Source of the DNA: Candidatus Brocadiia bacterium
Lineage (GTDB): Bacteria; Planctomycetota; Brocadiia; CAIUPP01
Assembly: GCA_050015075.1 (NCBI GenBank)
Contig: JBEKCB010000026.1
Coordinates: 12,526 to 76,525 of the forward strand
Length of the DNA stretch: 64,000 nt
Direction of reading: 5' to 3'
This document shows, one piece after another, positions 21,701-29,840 of the stretch; position 1 is the first letter of the stretch; every line of letters starts with the position of its first letter. Under the pieces are notes generated by a model. The model made no database searches and was not told the origin of the DNA. It saw only the letters and a program-made list of their open reading frames with translations. Position numbers and translations under genes: made by a program.

Positions 21701-22183
21701 GCGATAGGTGGCCCCGCGTTTAAAAATAAACGTCCGAATGCCGGAAGCAGAAGCGGCGTTCGCGGTGGCATTCGGGTCCCAGGGATGATGTTTCCATGGC
21801 CTGGCCGGGGCGTCGCCGGGGTTGGCATCGCTGCCGCCTTCGAAGTCAATGTAGCGAACCGGGTCGCTCTTCTGAAATACAAATGGGCGCGGCGCCCAAG
21901 TCAGGTCGCCTTTTGGATCCACGGCCGCGTAGCTGTCCTGCCAGCTCCAGTGATCCTGGTTTGCTGACGGTGAGGCTTCCGAGAATCCGCAATTGGAGAT
22001 AAGGGCCAGGACCAAAAGCAGACCAAGAGACTCGCTCCTCATCGGAGCGATTCTAGTTCTGGACCGCTGCCAGGCCAATCCGGAGAAACTGATAGATTGG
22101 GGAATCGCCATTTCTCCCCTTCGCCCGGTCAGTCCTGGTGTTTCACCCAGCGCGCTTCGGAGGCGTTGAAGTCGGAATTTCAT
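18773..22183 (-). CDS. Large secreted right-handed beta-helix protein with C-terminal LamG-like domain (putative polysaccharide-active enzyme)
   Basis: Parallel beta-helix repeats (IRIANCLF, NIIERSYG, DYGGIETWQ, YYLDG); C-terminal DGKWHHV...IYLDG; true start probably 22111 or 22042. Confidence 0.8.
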   Translation of the reverse strand: MKFRLQRLRSALGETPGLTGRRGEMAIPQSISFSGLAWQRSRTRIAPMRSESLGLLLVLALISNCGFSEASPSANQDHWSWQDSYAAVDPKGDLTWAPRPFVFQKSDPVRYIDFEGGSDANPGDAPARPWKHHPWDPNATANAASASGIRTFIFKRGATYRGTLRVKEPGVSGAPVRLTSDPSWGKGEAVLCGSERVLSWKRGATHPDIPEPQLVWWADLDFAPRCVWSVSQDGKILRLPLARVPKWKVSNPDDVKSEWWVWDNPGKPFGNTIKDARGTEMHLGIDTQHIKDKPASYFKGAIIWPEYGWVMSAPYPTEVEVVDLEHHGLGFGGWTGGGTGDVVMRNMRYYLEDKPQYLDDSEGEYWFEKKGAGGRLYLRPPGDADPNTMQIEAGRRMNLIDGEKVEHLEITGLTFRFTQPEWDITSAPWNFNTEPWTFRPEAFPGAVRVWGEGKDIRIANCLFEHVFFPIRIRSILAGQRVDDVRIEDNDFRFTDDGILSVSDGSAWGYAQLRGRLGDVRIYRNHSLETGRRPARYNTGTGMEVSGARTLEIAGNIIERSYGQGIDVHGSKVNGCWGDVPFTRLLIHHNKVWESMLNCNDYGGIETWQGGPFYVFDNISYNALGYQNWARYSHDSAGFGHAYYLDGAFKNYHFNNIAWGKAKDVESPVVNCSAFQEIISYQNTFFNNTVYNYYTGSRRQEPEAGRNKYLANIWCGIGQFVLRHADPAKTAAEGEAQAARPSRKRFDLASDAYGGNVFYDFAEMGVLEPSGRWLHSFDDFKATLVANDALLTDLGVVARQPPLRDPAHGDFRPAPDVTPDESRSTKHVFRFPFHGAKVFVPWSLFGVVGEWNFCRPGDDPTHLMDEHWYMADYFVSRDTYRDRPMYALKGVHITAADYTNGPLQDWTAGALNFSAARKQYAVLANAEIMKPFSFRDLKKSQHERAQPEDCTVEGAALKNPQIYTGNLLIEVHFKAAPECTGGVLIEKLQGAGYSLTLSSAGRIRFSVQGPGASAAVESRARVSDGKWHHVIAELDRAIPQLTIYLDGRKDVGARGIAASVSLANDGDLYVAGTPTGRWFDGTLDFLRLAQGTLADAQTTIEELYAWEFDGPFLRDFAGVKPTSAQRTAGAIQAPLGN

Positions 22184-22195
22184 TTATGCCCACCG

Positions 22196-22254
22196 TCCAC
22201 ATGACGTTCAGCCATCACGGGTCGCATTCTGGCTACCAGAAACCCGCTTGTCAA
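22196..22254 (-). promoter_or_regulatory. Shared cargo promoter/leader, copy upstream of the beta-helix gene
   Basis: TTGACA-17 bp-CAGAAT, then GCGAC..GTGATGGCTGAACGTCATGTGGA. Confidence 0.7.
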
Positions 22255-22395
22255 ACGGAAGTCGCGTGGCGAAGGGAATTTCCATGCTCTTCTTCCAGCC
22301 GTTCGGCTTGCCCCGTTGTAAGAATTACTCACTTTCAGCATCCGAGTAAAAGCTGACTTTCCTGTGACGCGCCCCTAATTCTTACAGGAAATAAT

Positions 22396-22556
22396 ATGGC
22401 CGAAAACACGAATCGTTTCCTCCGGCAGTTGGACATACTCCCGCCGGAGAAGATACAGTTCCCCATTGTTGTCATCGGAGCCGGGGCCATCGGGTCGGCC
22501 ACGGTCGTCACGCTGGCGAAAATGGGCTGCTCAAGCATCACTGTCTGGGACTACGA
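22396..22556 (+). pseudogene. ThiF/E1-like adenylyltransferase, N-terminal fragment
   Basis: RFLRQLDI...VVIGAGAIGSATVVTLAKMG...ITVWDY, after which the family pattern stops. Confidence 0.75.
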
Positions 22557-22688
22557 GAGGCGGACTCATCTCCTTCGGTCACGCCCACCTGCAAAGCGGC
22601 CGAAGAACGTGGTGCCTCCCTCAGGGTCAATCACGTCAATTGCACCCCCCGGCTTCGGTGATGAGCGAGTGAGTCACCGATATCCGCA

Positions 22689-24050
22689 CTATGATCGCTC
22701 GAGGCAAGCACCGTTGCCGGCGATGACCTTTCGGTACCACAGCGCCGAATCTTTGAGGATGCGCTTCTGGGTCGCATAGTCGAGGAAGATCAAACCGAAC
22801 CGCTCTTTTACGCCCTCCGCCCATTCGAAATTGTCCGTGAGCGACCACTGGAAGTAGCCGCGCACGTCGACGCCATCCGCGATAGCCCGGCGCAAACTCG
22901 ACAGGTAGCGCTGGAGGAAGTCAATTCGTTGCGGGTCGTGGACCTTGCCGTCGAGCGAAACCCAGTCGGCGCCGGACATGCCGTTCTCGGTCACGACGAG
23001 CGGCAGCTTATAGCGCTCCCAGTAAAACTTCGGTCCCCAGTAAAGAGAATCGGGGGTCACCGCCCATCGGTACGCTGTCAGGGCATGCCCCAAGGGAGGC
23101 GGGACCGTCTCGGGGCGGCCATCCTTTCCGGCGCGGACGGTCTGGCCCGAGTAGATGTTGACGCCGAAGAAGTCCAGCGGCTGGTGGATCGTCTCCATGT
23201 CGCCGGCACGGATGGGCGGCATCTCGGCTTCGAAGAGTTTCAGTCCGTCCTCAGGGTACTTTCCTTTCAGAACCGGCTCAAGCCACCAGGTGTTGGTCCA
23301 GATATCTTTGCCGACGATATGGAACATGGCTTCGTGGGCCGCGCGAATGTCTCGCATGCTTCGACTGGCGGGCATTGAAACGACGCCGACCGGAGCATAG
23401 CCGACCCGGGGCTCTTCCTTCGAGCGTGCGCGGATGGCCTTCACCGCTTTCCCGTGCGCCAGGAGGACATTATGCGCGATTCTCAGAATTTCGGCGAAAC
23501 CGAGCTTGTCTCCCGGCGCGTGAATCCCCGAAGAGTGACCAAAGCCGACGAAGCACTGCGGCTCATTCAGCGTCATCCAGTGCTTTACACGGTCCGAGAG
23601 CCTGTCCACAACAAGAGCCGTGTATTCAGCGAACCAGTCGGAGCTTGCAGAGTTGAGCCAGCCGCCACGGCAGTAAAGGCGGTACGGGTAGTCCCAATGA
23701 AACAGAGTGACCCAGGGCTGAACCTTCGCGGCGAGAAGTCCATCCACAAGTCGGTCGTAAAAGTCGAGGCCCTTCGCGTTTACCGGCCCGACGCCCTCAG
23801 GGAGCACTCGCGTCCATGAGATGGAGAACCGATATCCCTTCAGGCCGATCTCCCTCATCAAGGAGACGTCTTCTTTCCAGCGGTGATAGTAGTCGCAGGC
23901 GACGTCGCCATTCTGGTTTTTCCACACGGTCCCTTGCTTGCGACAGAACATGTCCCAGACGGACGGTCCTTTGCCATCCTCTCGCGCAGCGCCTTCGACC
24001 TGATATGAAGCGGAAGCGGCGCCCCAGACGAAGCTCTTTGGAAAGCGCAT
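22689..24050 (-). CDS. GH1 beta-glucosidase
   Basis: FVWGAASASYQVEG, YRFSISW, TLNEP (acid/base), VTENG (nucleophile), DNFEWAEG. Confidence 0.95.
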   Translation of the reverse strand: MRFPKSFVWGAASASYQVEGAAREDGKGPSVWDMFCRKQGTVWKNQNGDVACDYYHRWKEDVSLMREIGLKGYRFSISWTRVLPEGVGPVNAKGLDFYDRLVDGLLAAKVQPWVTLFHWDYPYRLYCRGGWLNSASSDWFAEYTALVVDRLSDRVKHWMTLNEPQCFVGFGHSSGIHAPGDKLGFAEILRIAHNVLLAHGKAVKAIRARSKEEPRVGYAPVGVVSMPASRSMRDIRAAHEAMFHIVGKDIWTNTWWLEPVLKGKYPEDGLKLFEAEMPPIRAGDMETIHQPLDFFGVNIYSGQTVRAGKDGRPETVPPPLGHALTAYRWAVTPDSLYWGPKFYWERYKLPLVVTENGMSGADWVSLDGKVHDPQRIDFLQRYLSSLRRAIADGVDVRGYFQWSLTDNFEWAEGVKERFGLIFLDYATQKRILKDSALWYRKVIAGNGACLERS

Positions 24051-24159
24051 GTCGTTCTCCTTTCCTGGAAGTCGCCAATTTCGTCGGTAATCCTTACGGC
24101 TTGGCCGAGGCACAACACGGCTGCGGCCATTCTTGACCGCAATGTGCCCTATGCCGTTT

Positions 24160-24218
24160 TCGACATGACGGTCAGCCATCAAGTGTCGCATTCTGCCTGT
24201 CAGAATCCAGCTTGTCAA
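24160..24218 (-). promoter_or_regulatory. Shared cargo promoter/leader, copy upstream of GH1
   Basis: TTGACA-17 bp-CAGAAT, then GCGACACTTGATGGCTGACCGTCATGTCGA. Confidence 0.7.
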
Positions 24219-24312
24219 GGAGAGGCCGCGTGTAAGAATCACTCGCTTTTAAAGTCCGAGTAAGCTTGCTGACTTTCCTGTCTCCCACCCCCGGTTCTTA
24301 CAAGGAGATGAA

Positions 24313-24388
24313 ATGGTTGAGAACACGAACCGTTTCCTTCGGCAGATGGACATCCTGCCGCCAGAGAAACTGCAGTTCCTCATCGTAG
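24313..24388 (+). pseudogene. Second, shorter ThiF N-terminal fragment
   Basis: MVENTNRFLRQMDILPPEKLQF, near-identical to the 22396 copy; AGGAG RBS. Confidence 0.75.
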
Positions 24389-24389
24389 C

Positions 24390-24545
24390 AAACTCGGCAG
24401 CCGGCGTTCACTGCGGCCGGCCGAGGAAGGGGGCTGAACATTGCCGAGGCTCTAAGGCTTCACGTTGAGGGGCTGAGGGCGCGCGGGATCGGGCAGAAGC
24501 TGGGTGTTTCCTACAGCACCGCTCGTCGGGCGCTGAAGGCTGTTT
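24390..24545 (+). pseudogene. C-terminal remnant of a serine resolvase/invertase (GRPRK plus HTH), frameshifted
   Basis: AAGVHCGRPRKG, frameshift in a G-run, then LNIAEALRLHVEGLRARGIGQKLGVSYSTARRALK. Confidence 0.6.
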
Positions 24546-24607
24546 CACGGGTCCCTGCTACGAAAACCCGTGCCTTTTCGATCGCAACAGGCGGCCGCGC
24601 TCTTTAG

Positions 24608-26122
24608 CTATCGAAACAAAATGTCTTTGGTGTGCCCGCTGATTTCCACCTCGGGGGAATCGTATCGCGCAATTCTGCCGTGGCGCACGACATTTTCAAA
24701 GAGGACGTTTTCGACGGGGTGTTCCGCGTCCGGACCGTGGACCCTGATTCTCCCGCAACTGCCCAGGAGATCTCCGGTCACAAAGACATTCCTGAATACG
24801 CAGTTCCGGATCATCCCGGGTGTCGGCTTCTTCGCCCACGGAGTCACCTTCGGCACGACCTCGATGACCCACTCCTGGCCTTCATGGTTGATCTGGATGT
24901 CCTCGAACAGAACGTTCTCGATCGGCATATCCTCGTCCGGTTGGAGGGAAATGCAAGTGGGGAGATCGTCGCCGCTGTTCCCGCTGCCGCTCCCGCTCCC
25001 GTAGCTCGTCATGTAATGGAGAACCTGGATGTCCTTGAACGTGAGATTGCGGAAGGCTTCGGCCCTGCATTCGGCTCCGATTCGCCACACGTGCGCGCGG
25101 TCGTTCCATAACAAGGTCCGCCTTACGAGAACGTTATCCACCGCCTGGTTCCCCGCGTAGCCGAGGCCCTTGATCGCAATGCAGTCGTCCTCACTCCGGA
25201 CGAAGCAGTCCTCCACGAGCACGTCGCGCGTGTTGCAGATGTCAATCCCGTCGTTGTTTTGGGAGCGCACCGCGACGATTTTGACGTTTCGAACCGTCAC
25301 GTTCCTGCCGCCCCTCATCCACAGGTTGTAGCCCCAACTGTCCTTAATGATGATTCCCTCGACGAGGACATTCTCGCAGGTGTCGAGATCAACCGGGGCG
25401 CGGGTCGGCCCCTTGTGCCGCTCGTAGTCCAATCCGTCCAGAATACCGCGGCCCAGGATCTTCACGTTCCTGCCTTTTGCGTGAACACCGCCTTTCACCA
25501 CGGCTCCGCCGGCGATGTACAGCGTCTCGTTGTCGCCAAGTTCTATGGCGCCCGCCTGGTGGACTCCCGGGCCGAAGTACTTCACCCCCGCGTCGCGCGG
25601 ACTCGGAGAGGAGGCTTCGATCGGATTGGCAAAGAGGAGCAGCGGACCGTGCTTTCCATCGGGCTCGATGGAGAGCTGGCACGGAGCAGCCTGAAGCATG
25701 AACCTCATCACGCCCCTGAGCGTGTTCGGGTTGGCGGGGACGGGATAGGGTCTGACTCCCTTTGATTCGGGCCGGATGACCACGTCCCTGAGCCACTGCC
25801 GCGACGATTCGACCTCGACCTCCACGCTTCCTGAGAAATCGAAGTACGCGAAGGAATAAGGACCGCCGAACGGGGGCGAGTAATTCTGCTCATAGACTTT
25901 CCCGCGGTAGACGGGCACCGGAGCGCCGTTGACCTTGATCAGATAGTCGTCCGAAAGCTCCACCCCTTCCGGAGCCTGATAGACCACGATGTTTCCGGTG
26001 GGCATTTTAGATGCCTCCCTTTTCTGTGGTTCTTCGCTGCCAGTCGTCGCGTCCGCCGCAGCGGACGGGCCCGCCGAGGCCGCCACGACGATGGCCGCCA
26101 GGAAAAGCCATGTTCTTCGCAT
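24608..26122 (-). CDS. GH28-like secreted beta-helix glycoside hydrolase
   Basis: Signal peptide MRRTWLFLAAIVVAASAG; YFGPGVH, NNDGID, SEDDCIAIK. Confidence 0.85.
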   Translation of the reverse strand: MRRTWLFLAAIVVAASAGPSAAADATTGSEEPQKREASKMPTGNIVVYQAPEGVELSDDYLIKVNGAPVPVYRGKVYEQNYSPPFGGPYSFAYFDFSGSVEVEVESSRQWLRDVVIRPESKGVRPYPVPANPNTLRGVMRFMLQAAPCQLSIEPDGKHGPLLLFANPIEASSPSPRDAGVKYFGPGVHQAGAIELGDNETLYIAGGAVVKGGVHAKGRNVKILGRGILDGLDYERHKGPTRAPVDLDTCENVLVEGIIIKDSWGYNLWMRGGRNVTVRNVKIVAVRSQNNDGIDICNTRDVLVEDCFVRSEDDCIAIKGLGYAGNQAVDNVLVRRTLLWNDRAHVWRIGAECRAEAFRNLTFKDIQVLHYMTSYGSGSGSGNSGDDLPTCISLQPDEDMPIENVLFEDIQINHEGQEWVIEVVPKVTPWAKKPTPGMIRNCVFRNVFVTGDLLGSCGRIRVHGPDAEHPVENVLFENVVRHGRIARYDSPEVEISGHTKDILFR

Positions 26123-26380
26123 TGCTCTGGCGCCTCCTGTTCCCATAAGCCCGCAAGCTGCCTCCGGTTCCCTTAATCGGCTGTTGCCTATAGAACAGTC
26201 CGTTCCCTGGGGTGGCATTCTATCCTTACTGTGGCTCCTGTCAAGGCCCTTTCCGGCGCCGAGCCGAACGGCAATTGGGCGATTGACTTTGACGTGCCGG
26301 GGTGGTAAAGCCATGCAGGCACAGCAACCGCAGCCTGACGCAGAGCCGGACGATTCCGGCGGCCCAAGGAGGAGAGCAGG

Positions 26381-27889
26381 ATGGAAAGGCTCATTATCCG
26401 CGCCAGACGCGGCGACGGTCAGCCGCTGGCCGCCGAGGGGTTGGATTCGCTCTACCTGACCGACCTGAAGCGAAACCCTCTCCGAAAGCCTTACGGCCCG
26501 GTCGAGTCCGGGCAGGCCGTCATCGAGACGGCGGCGGCGCCGTTCGTCATCGTGGCGGACGTCCCCGTGGCCGGGTTCGGCGCCGGCTTCTTTTTCGCCG
26601 ACAACGAGGGCCAGGGCTACCGGCTGGGCGGCGAGATTGACCTTTACGCGGAGCTGGCCCGGAGCCGTCTGCACGCGGTCCAAACTCGCCGCAGGGCGGC
26701 GGAAAAGGCCGGGGCCGTCACCCCTGCAGGCACCGCGCGGCGGCTGGAGCGCGCTGCCGAATCCCTGCGAAAAGCGGCCGGCCTCGCCGCAGGATCGGCC
26801 GCTGCCGCGCAACTCGCCGAGGAGTCTCTCTGCGAATCGCTCTGGGCCGGTGAGGAACTGGTGCTGGAAGCCGCCCGGCAGGCGATTTCCCGTCGCGGGC
26901 CGCGAAAAGGCTTCCTCTTCGGCTGCAATGCGTTCGGCCTGTCCCACGGGCCGAAATATACCCGGCCGTTCGAAGCGGTCTTCAACTTCGCGACCGTCCC
27001 GTTTTACCGGCGCGGGTTTGAGCCGGAAGAGGGACGCCCCGACCCCGCCCGCGCGGACGCGATCACCGCGTGGCTGAACGGAGCAGGCATCGCCGCCAAA
27101 GGACACCCGCTCACCTGGTTCCACGAGGCCGGGGTGACCGAGTGGATGAAGCGCAAGACCTTCGACGAGAACCTCGCGTCCGCGCGGGAACGCTGCCGGT
27201 CGCTCGCCCGCCAATACGCCGGGCGGATTGACCGGTGGGACGTCATCAACGAAGCCCACGACTGGGCGAACGAACTGGGCTATTCGCAGGAACAGCTTCT
27301 CGACCTGACGCGGGCCTCGTGCGAGGGCGCCAGGGAAGGGAACCCAAAAGCCCAGACCGTCGTGAACAACTGCTGCGTCTTCGGCGAGTACGCCGCCACG
27401 AGCAAGACCTACTTCCGACAGGAGCAGCGGCCGCTGCGCACGCCGCATCAGTATCTGCGCGCCTGCCTGTCGGCGGGGCTGGACTTCGACGTGATCGGCC
27501 TCCAGCTCTACTACCCCGGCTATGACCTGTTCGAAATCGCCCGCCTTCTGGACTCGTACGCGGACCTCGGCAAGCCGCTGCACATTACGGAGTTGGGCGT
27601 CTCCTCAGCGCCCGGTGCGGACGAGCGGGCCTATGTCAAGAAGATCAGTCCCTACTCGTGGCACGGCCCCTGGAGCGAGGCCGTTCAGGCTGACTGGGTG
27701 GAGCAGTTCTACACCCTCTGCTACAGCAAGCCCGCCATCGAGGCGATCACGTGGTGGGACTTTGCCGACGCCGGGCACTTCTGGCCGCACGGCGGGTTCC
27801 TCCGCCCCGACCTCAGGCCGAAGGAATCCTACCGGCGCCTCAAGGGCGTGATTGAACGATGGGGCGCGAACGAGAGGGCAGGCCGCTGA
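26381..27889 (+). CDS. GH10-like (endo-1,4-beta-xylanase family) protein
   Basis: KGHPLTW, WDVINE, IGLQLY, LHITELGV, ITWWDF; no signal peptide. Confidence 0.85.
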   Translation: MERLIIRARRGDGQPLAAEGLDSLYLTDLKRNPLRKPYGPVESGQAVIETAAAPFVIVADVPVAGFGAGFFFADNEGQGYRLGGEIDLYAELARSRLHAVQTRRRAAEKAGAVTPAGTARRLERAAESLRKAAGLAAGSAAAAQLAEESLCESLWAGEELVLEAARQAISRRGPRKGFLFGCNAFGLSHGPKYTRPFEAVFNFATVPFYRRGFEPEEGRPDPARADAITAWLNGAGIAAKGHPLTWFHEAGVTEWMKRKTFDENLASARERCRSLARQYAGRIDRWDVINEAHDWANELGYSQEQLLDLTRASCEGAREGNPKAQTVVNNCCVFGEYAATSKTYFRQEQRPLRTPHQYLRACLSAGLDFDVIGLQLYYPGYDLFEIARLLDSYADLGKPLHITELGVSSAPGADERAYVKKISPYSWHGPWSEAVQADWVEQFYTLCYSKPAIEAITWWDFADAGHFWPHGGFLRPDLRPKESYRRLKGVIERWGANERAGR

Positions 27890-27942
27890 ATCGGCCGGGG
27901 AATCGCAAACACCTCGCGCCATTTGGGAGGATAGTGACTGAC

Positions 27943-29034
27943 ATGACCAAATTTATTCCTCGCGGGCGGCTGGCAGAGGCTCTGCAACTGTTCGTTGACA
28001 AGCGCTGGATCGCCGGCGCCGTGATGCTCGTGGCCGACAAAGACAAAGTGCTGAGTCTGGAGACGGTCGGCTACGCTGATCTGGCGGCCGGCAAGCCGAT
28101 GCGACCCGACACGCTCTTCTGGGTCGCCTCGCAGTCCAAGCCGATCACCGCCGTGGCTTTCATGATGCTCGTGGATGAAGGCAAGGTGAGCCTGGATGAC
28201 CCGGTGGAAAAGCACCTGCCGGAATTCAAGGGCCAATGGCTCCGCGTCGAGCAGGATGCCGATCACGCGCTGCTGCGGAAGCCGCGGCACCCGATCACGG
28301 TTCGCAATATCCTCAGCCACACCGGCGGCTTGGCTTTTTCTTCGCCCGTGGAAACGCCGACGCGGGATATGCTCACGCTGCGCCAGGCGGCTGCGAGCTA
28401 TGCCATGATGCCGCTGGAATTCGAGCCGGACACCCGGTACCAATATTCCAACGCCGGGATCAACATCGCCGGCCGCATCATCGAGGTTCTCAGCGGCATG
28501 CCCTACGAGGAATTCCTGGACCGGCGCCTTCTCAAGCCGCTCGGGATGAAGGACACGACCTTCCGGCCGAACAAGCGCCAGTTGGCCCGCCTGACGAAAG
28601 CGTATAAGCCGAATGCCGCCGGCACCGACCTTGAGGAGACGCCCATCCCGGAGTTCCACTATCCGCTCGATGACCGCGCGAGGCAGCCCATCCCCGGCGG
28701 CGGCTTGTTCTCCACCGCCCGGGACTGCTGCCGCTTCTGCCAGATGATGCTCAACGGAGGGACTTTCAAGGGGACGCGGTATCTCTCCGAAAGCGCCGTC
28801 CGGGAAATGACCCGCCGCCAGACCGCCGATGGGCTCTCCGAGAGCTACGGCCTGGGCTGGATCGTGGGCGATGTCTGGTTCCGGCACGGCGGCGCGATGA
28901 GCACCATCATGATCATTGACGTGCGACTCGGGCTGATCCGGGTCTATCTCGTGCAGCACGCCGGCTACCTCGGCGATGGAGTCCAGGGGGTCACGGTCTT
29001 TAATGAACTGGTGGAACGTGAGTACGCCGGCTGA
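27943..29034 (+). CDS. Serine hydrolase, beta-lactamase class C/esterase family
   Basis: SxxK (SQSK), LSHTGG, YSN, GGGLFST, HGG. Confidence 0.9.
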   Translation: MTKFIPRGRLAEALQLFVDKRWIAGAVMLVADKDKVLSLETVGYADLAAGKPMRPDTLFWVASQSKPITAVAFMMLVDEGKVSLDDPVEKHLPEFKGQWLRVEQDADHALLRKPRHPITVRNILSHTGGLAFSSPVETPTRDMLTLRQAAASYAMMPLEFEPDTRYQYSNAGINIAGRIIEVLSGMPYEEFLDRRLLKPLGMKDTTFRPNKRQLARLTKAYKPNAAGTDLEETPIPEFHYPLDDRARQPIPGGGLFSTARDCCRFCQMMLNGGTFKGTRYLSESAVREMTRRQTADGLSESYGLGWIVGDVWFRHGGAMSTIMIIDVRLGLIRVYLVQHAGYLGDGVQGVTVFNELVEREYAG

Positions 29035-29274
29035 AGTCAGGGTTGTTGCGCCCGTAATCGCCCTCTAAAAAGACCGCGATCACCGCCCCGGGGCAGGCTG
29101 TTCGGCTTGCTCCGGGGCACTTTCTTTTCCCTCTTTTAGCTGAGGCGCAGGGCGCTGAGATGATCGAGAGTCTGGTACTCCAACATCGGCGTCTGCCTAC
29201 CCAAGCGTATTGTAAAAACCACCCGCTTGTGGATGCGAAGGCGGATCTGGCGAAGGCCGAGGCGAGAGGGCATG

Positions 29275-29808
29275 TCACGAGAGCTTCCGAAGCTTGGCGC
29301 ACTCCGACTTCTCGCGCTGTAGTTCCTCGGTGATGGCATTCAGCCTGGATGCTAGGCGCGTGACTTGAGCTTGGCAATGCGGGCAATGCGAAGAATATGC
29401 TCGCGCCTCGTAAATCTGACTGCGGTACCTGCGCTCCAATGCATCAAGTTGCGCGGCATGACCACTACGAACTGCGCTAAGCTCTTCCTCGTGCTTTCGT
29501 GTTGTCTCTCGGCGAACCTCGTCCATGATCTTCTGGATTTCGGCTGGTGCCCGAGACGTCGGCTCGTGAAGGGTGAAGCTCCCGTTCTCCAAGTTCTTTC
29601 TGAAGTGCTGGTTTGCCGCGTTGATCTCCTTGAAGACCTCCTCCGCCTTTCGCCGGAGCCGGGAATCCGCTGGATACCTGTCCGGATGCCACACGCGCGA
29701 CATATCTCGGTACGCCTCCTTCAACTCCTCTTCAGTGAAGGAACTTGGCAGACGGAGCAGATCCAGATATCGGCGCTGAGCGGGGACGTCAATCTCGTCT
29801 CTCCACAT
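29275..29808 (-). CDS. J-domain (DnaJ-like) protein
   Basis: LKEAYR...VWHPDR...FKEINAA; coiled-coil C-terminus with CPHC. Confidence 0.85.
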   Translation of the reverse strand: MWRDEIDVPAQRRYLDLLRLPSSFTEEELKEAYRDMSRVWHPDRYPADSRLRRKAEEVFKEINAANQHFRKNLENGSFTLHEPTSRAPAEIQKIMDEVRRETTRKHEEELSAVRSGHAAQLDALERRYRSQIYEARAYSSHCPHCQAQVTRLASRLNAITEELQREKSECAKLRKLS

Positions 29809-29840
29809 GGCCTATCCCTTCACGATGTTGCGGACCCGTT

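Noticed and set aside
22557-22779. C-terminal part of the 127-aa ThiF ORF
   Set aside because: Loses family similarity and overlaps the GH1 3' end; read-through of a truncated gene
24968-25002. GSGSGSGNSG microrepeat in the GH28-like gene as a phase-variation tract
   Set aside because: In-frame imperfect hexamers, likely a flexible loop
26123-27583. N-terminal half of the 991-aa ORF 24608-27583
   Set aside because: Antisense shadow of the GH10 gene; the real GH28-like protein starts with a signal peptide at 26122
27943-29034. Antibiotic-resistance beta-lactamase
   Set aside because: No signal peptide and HGG in place of KTG; more like the esterase members of the family
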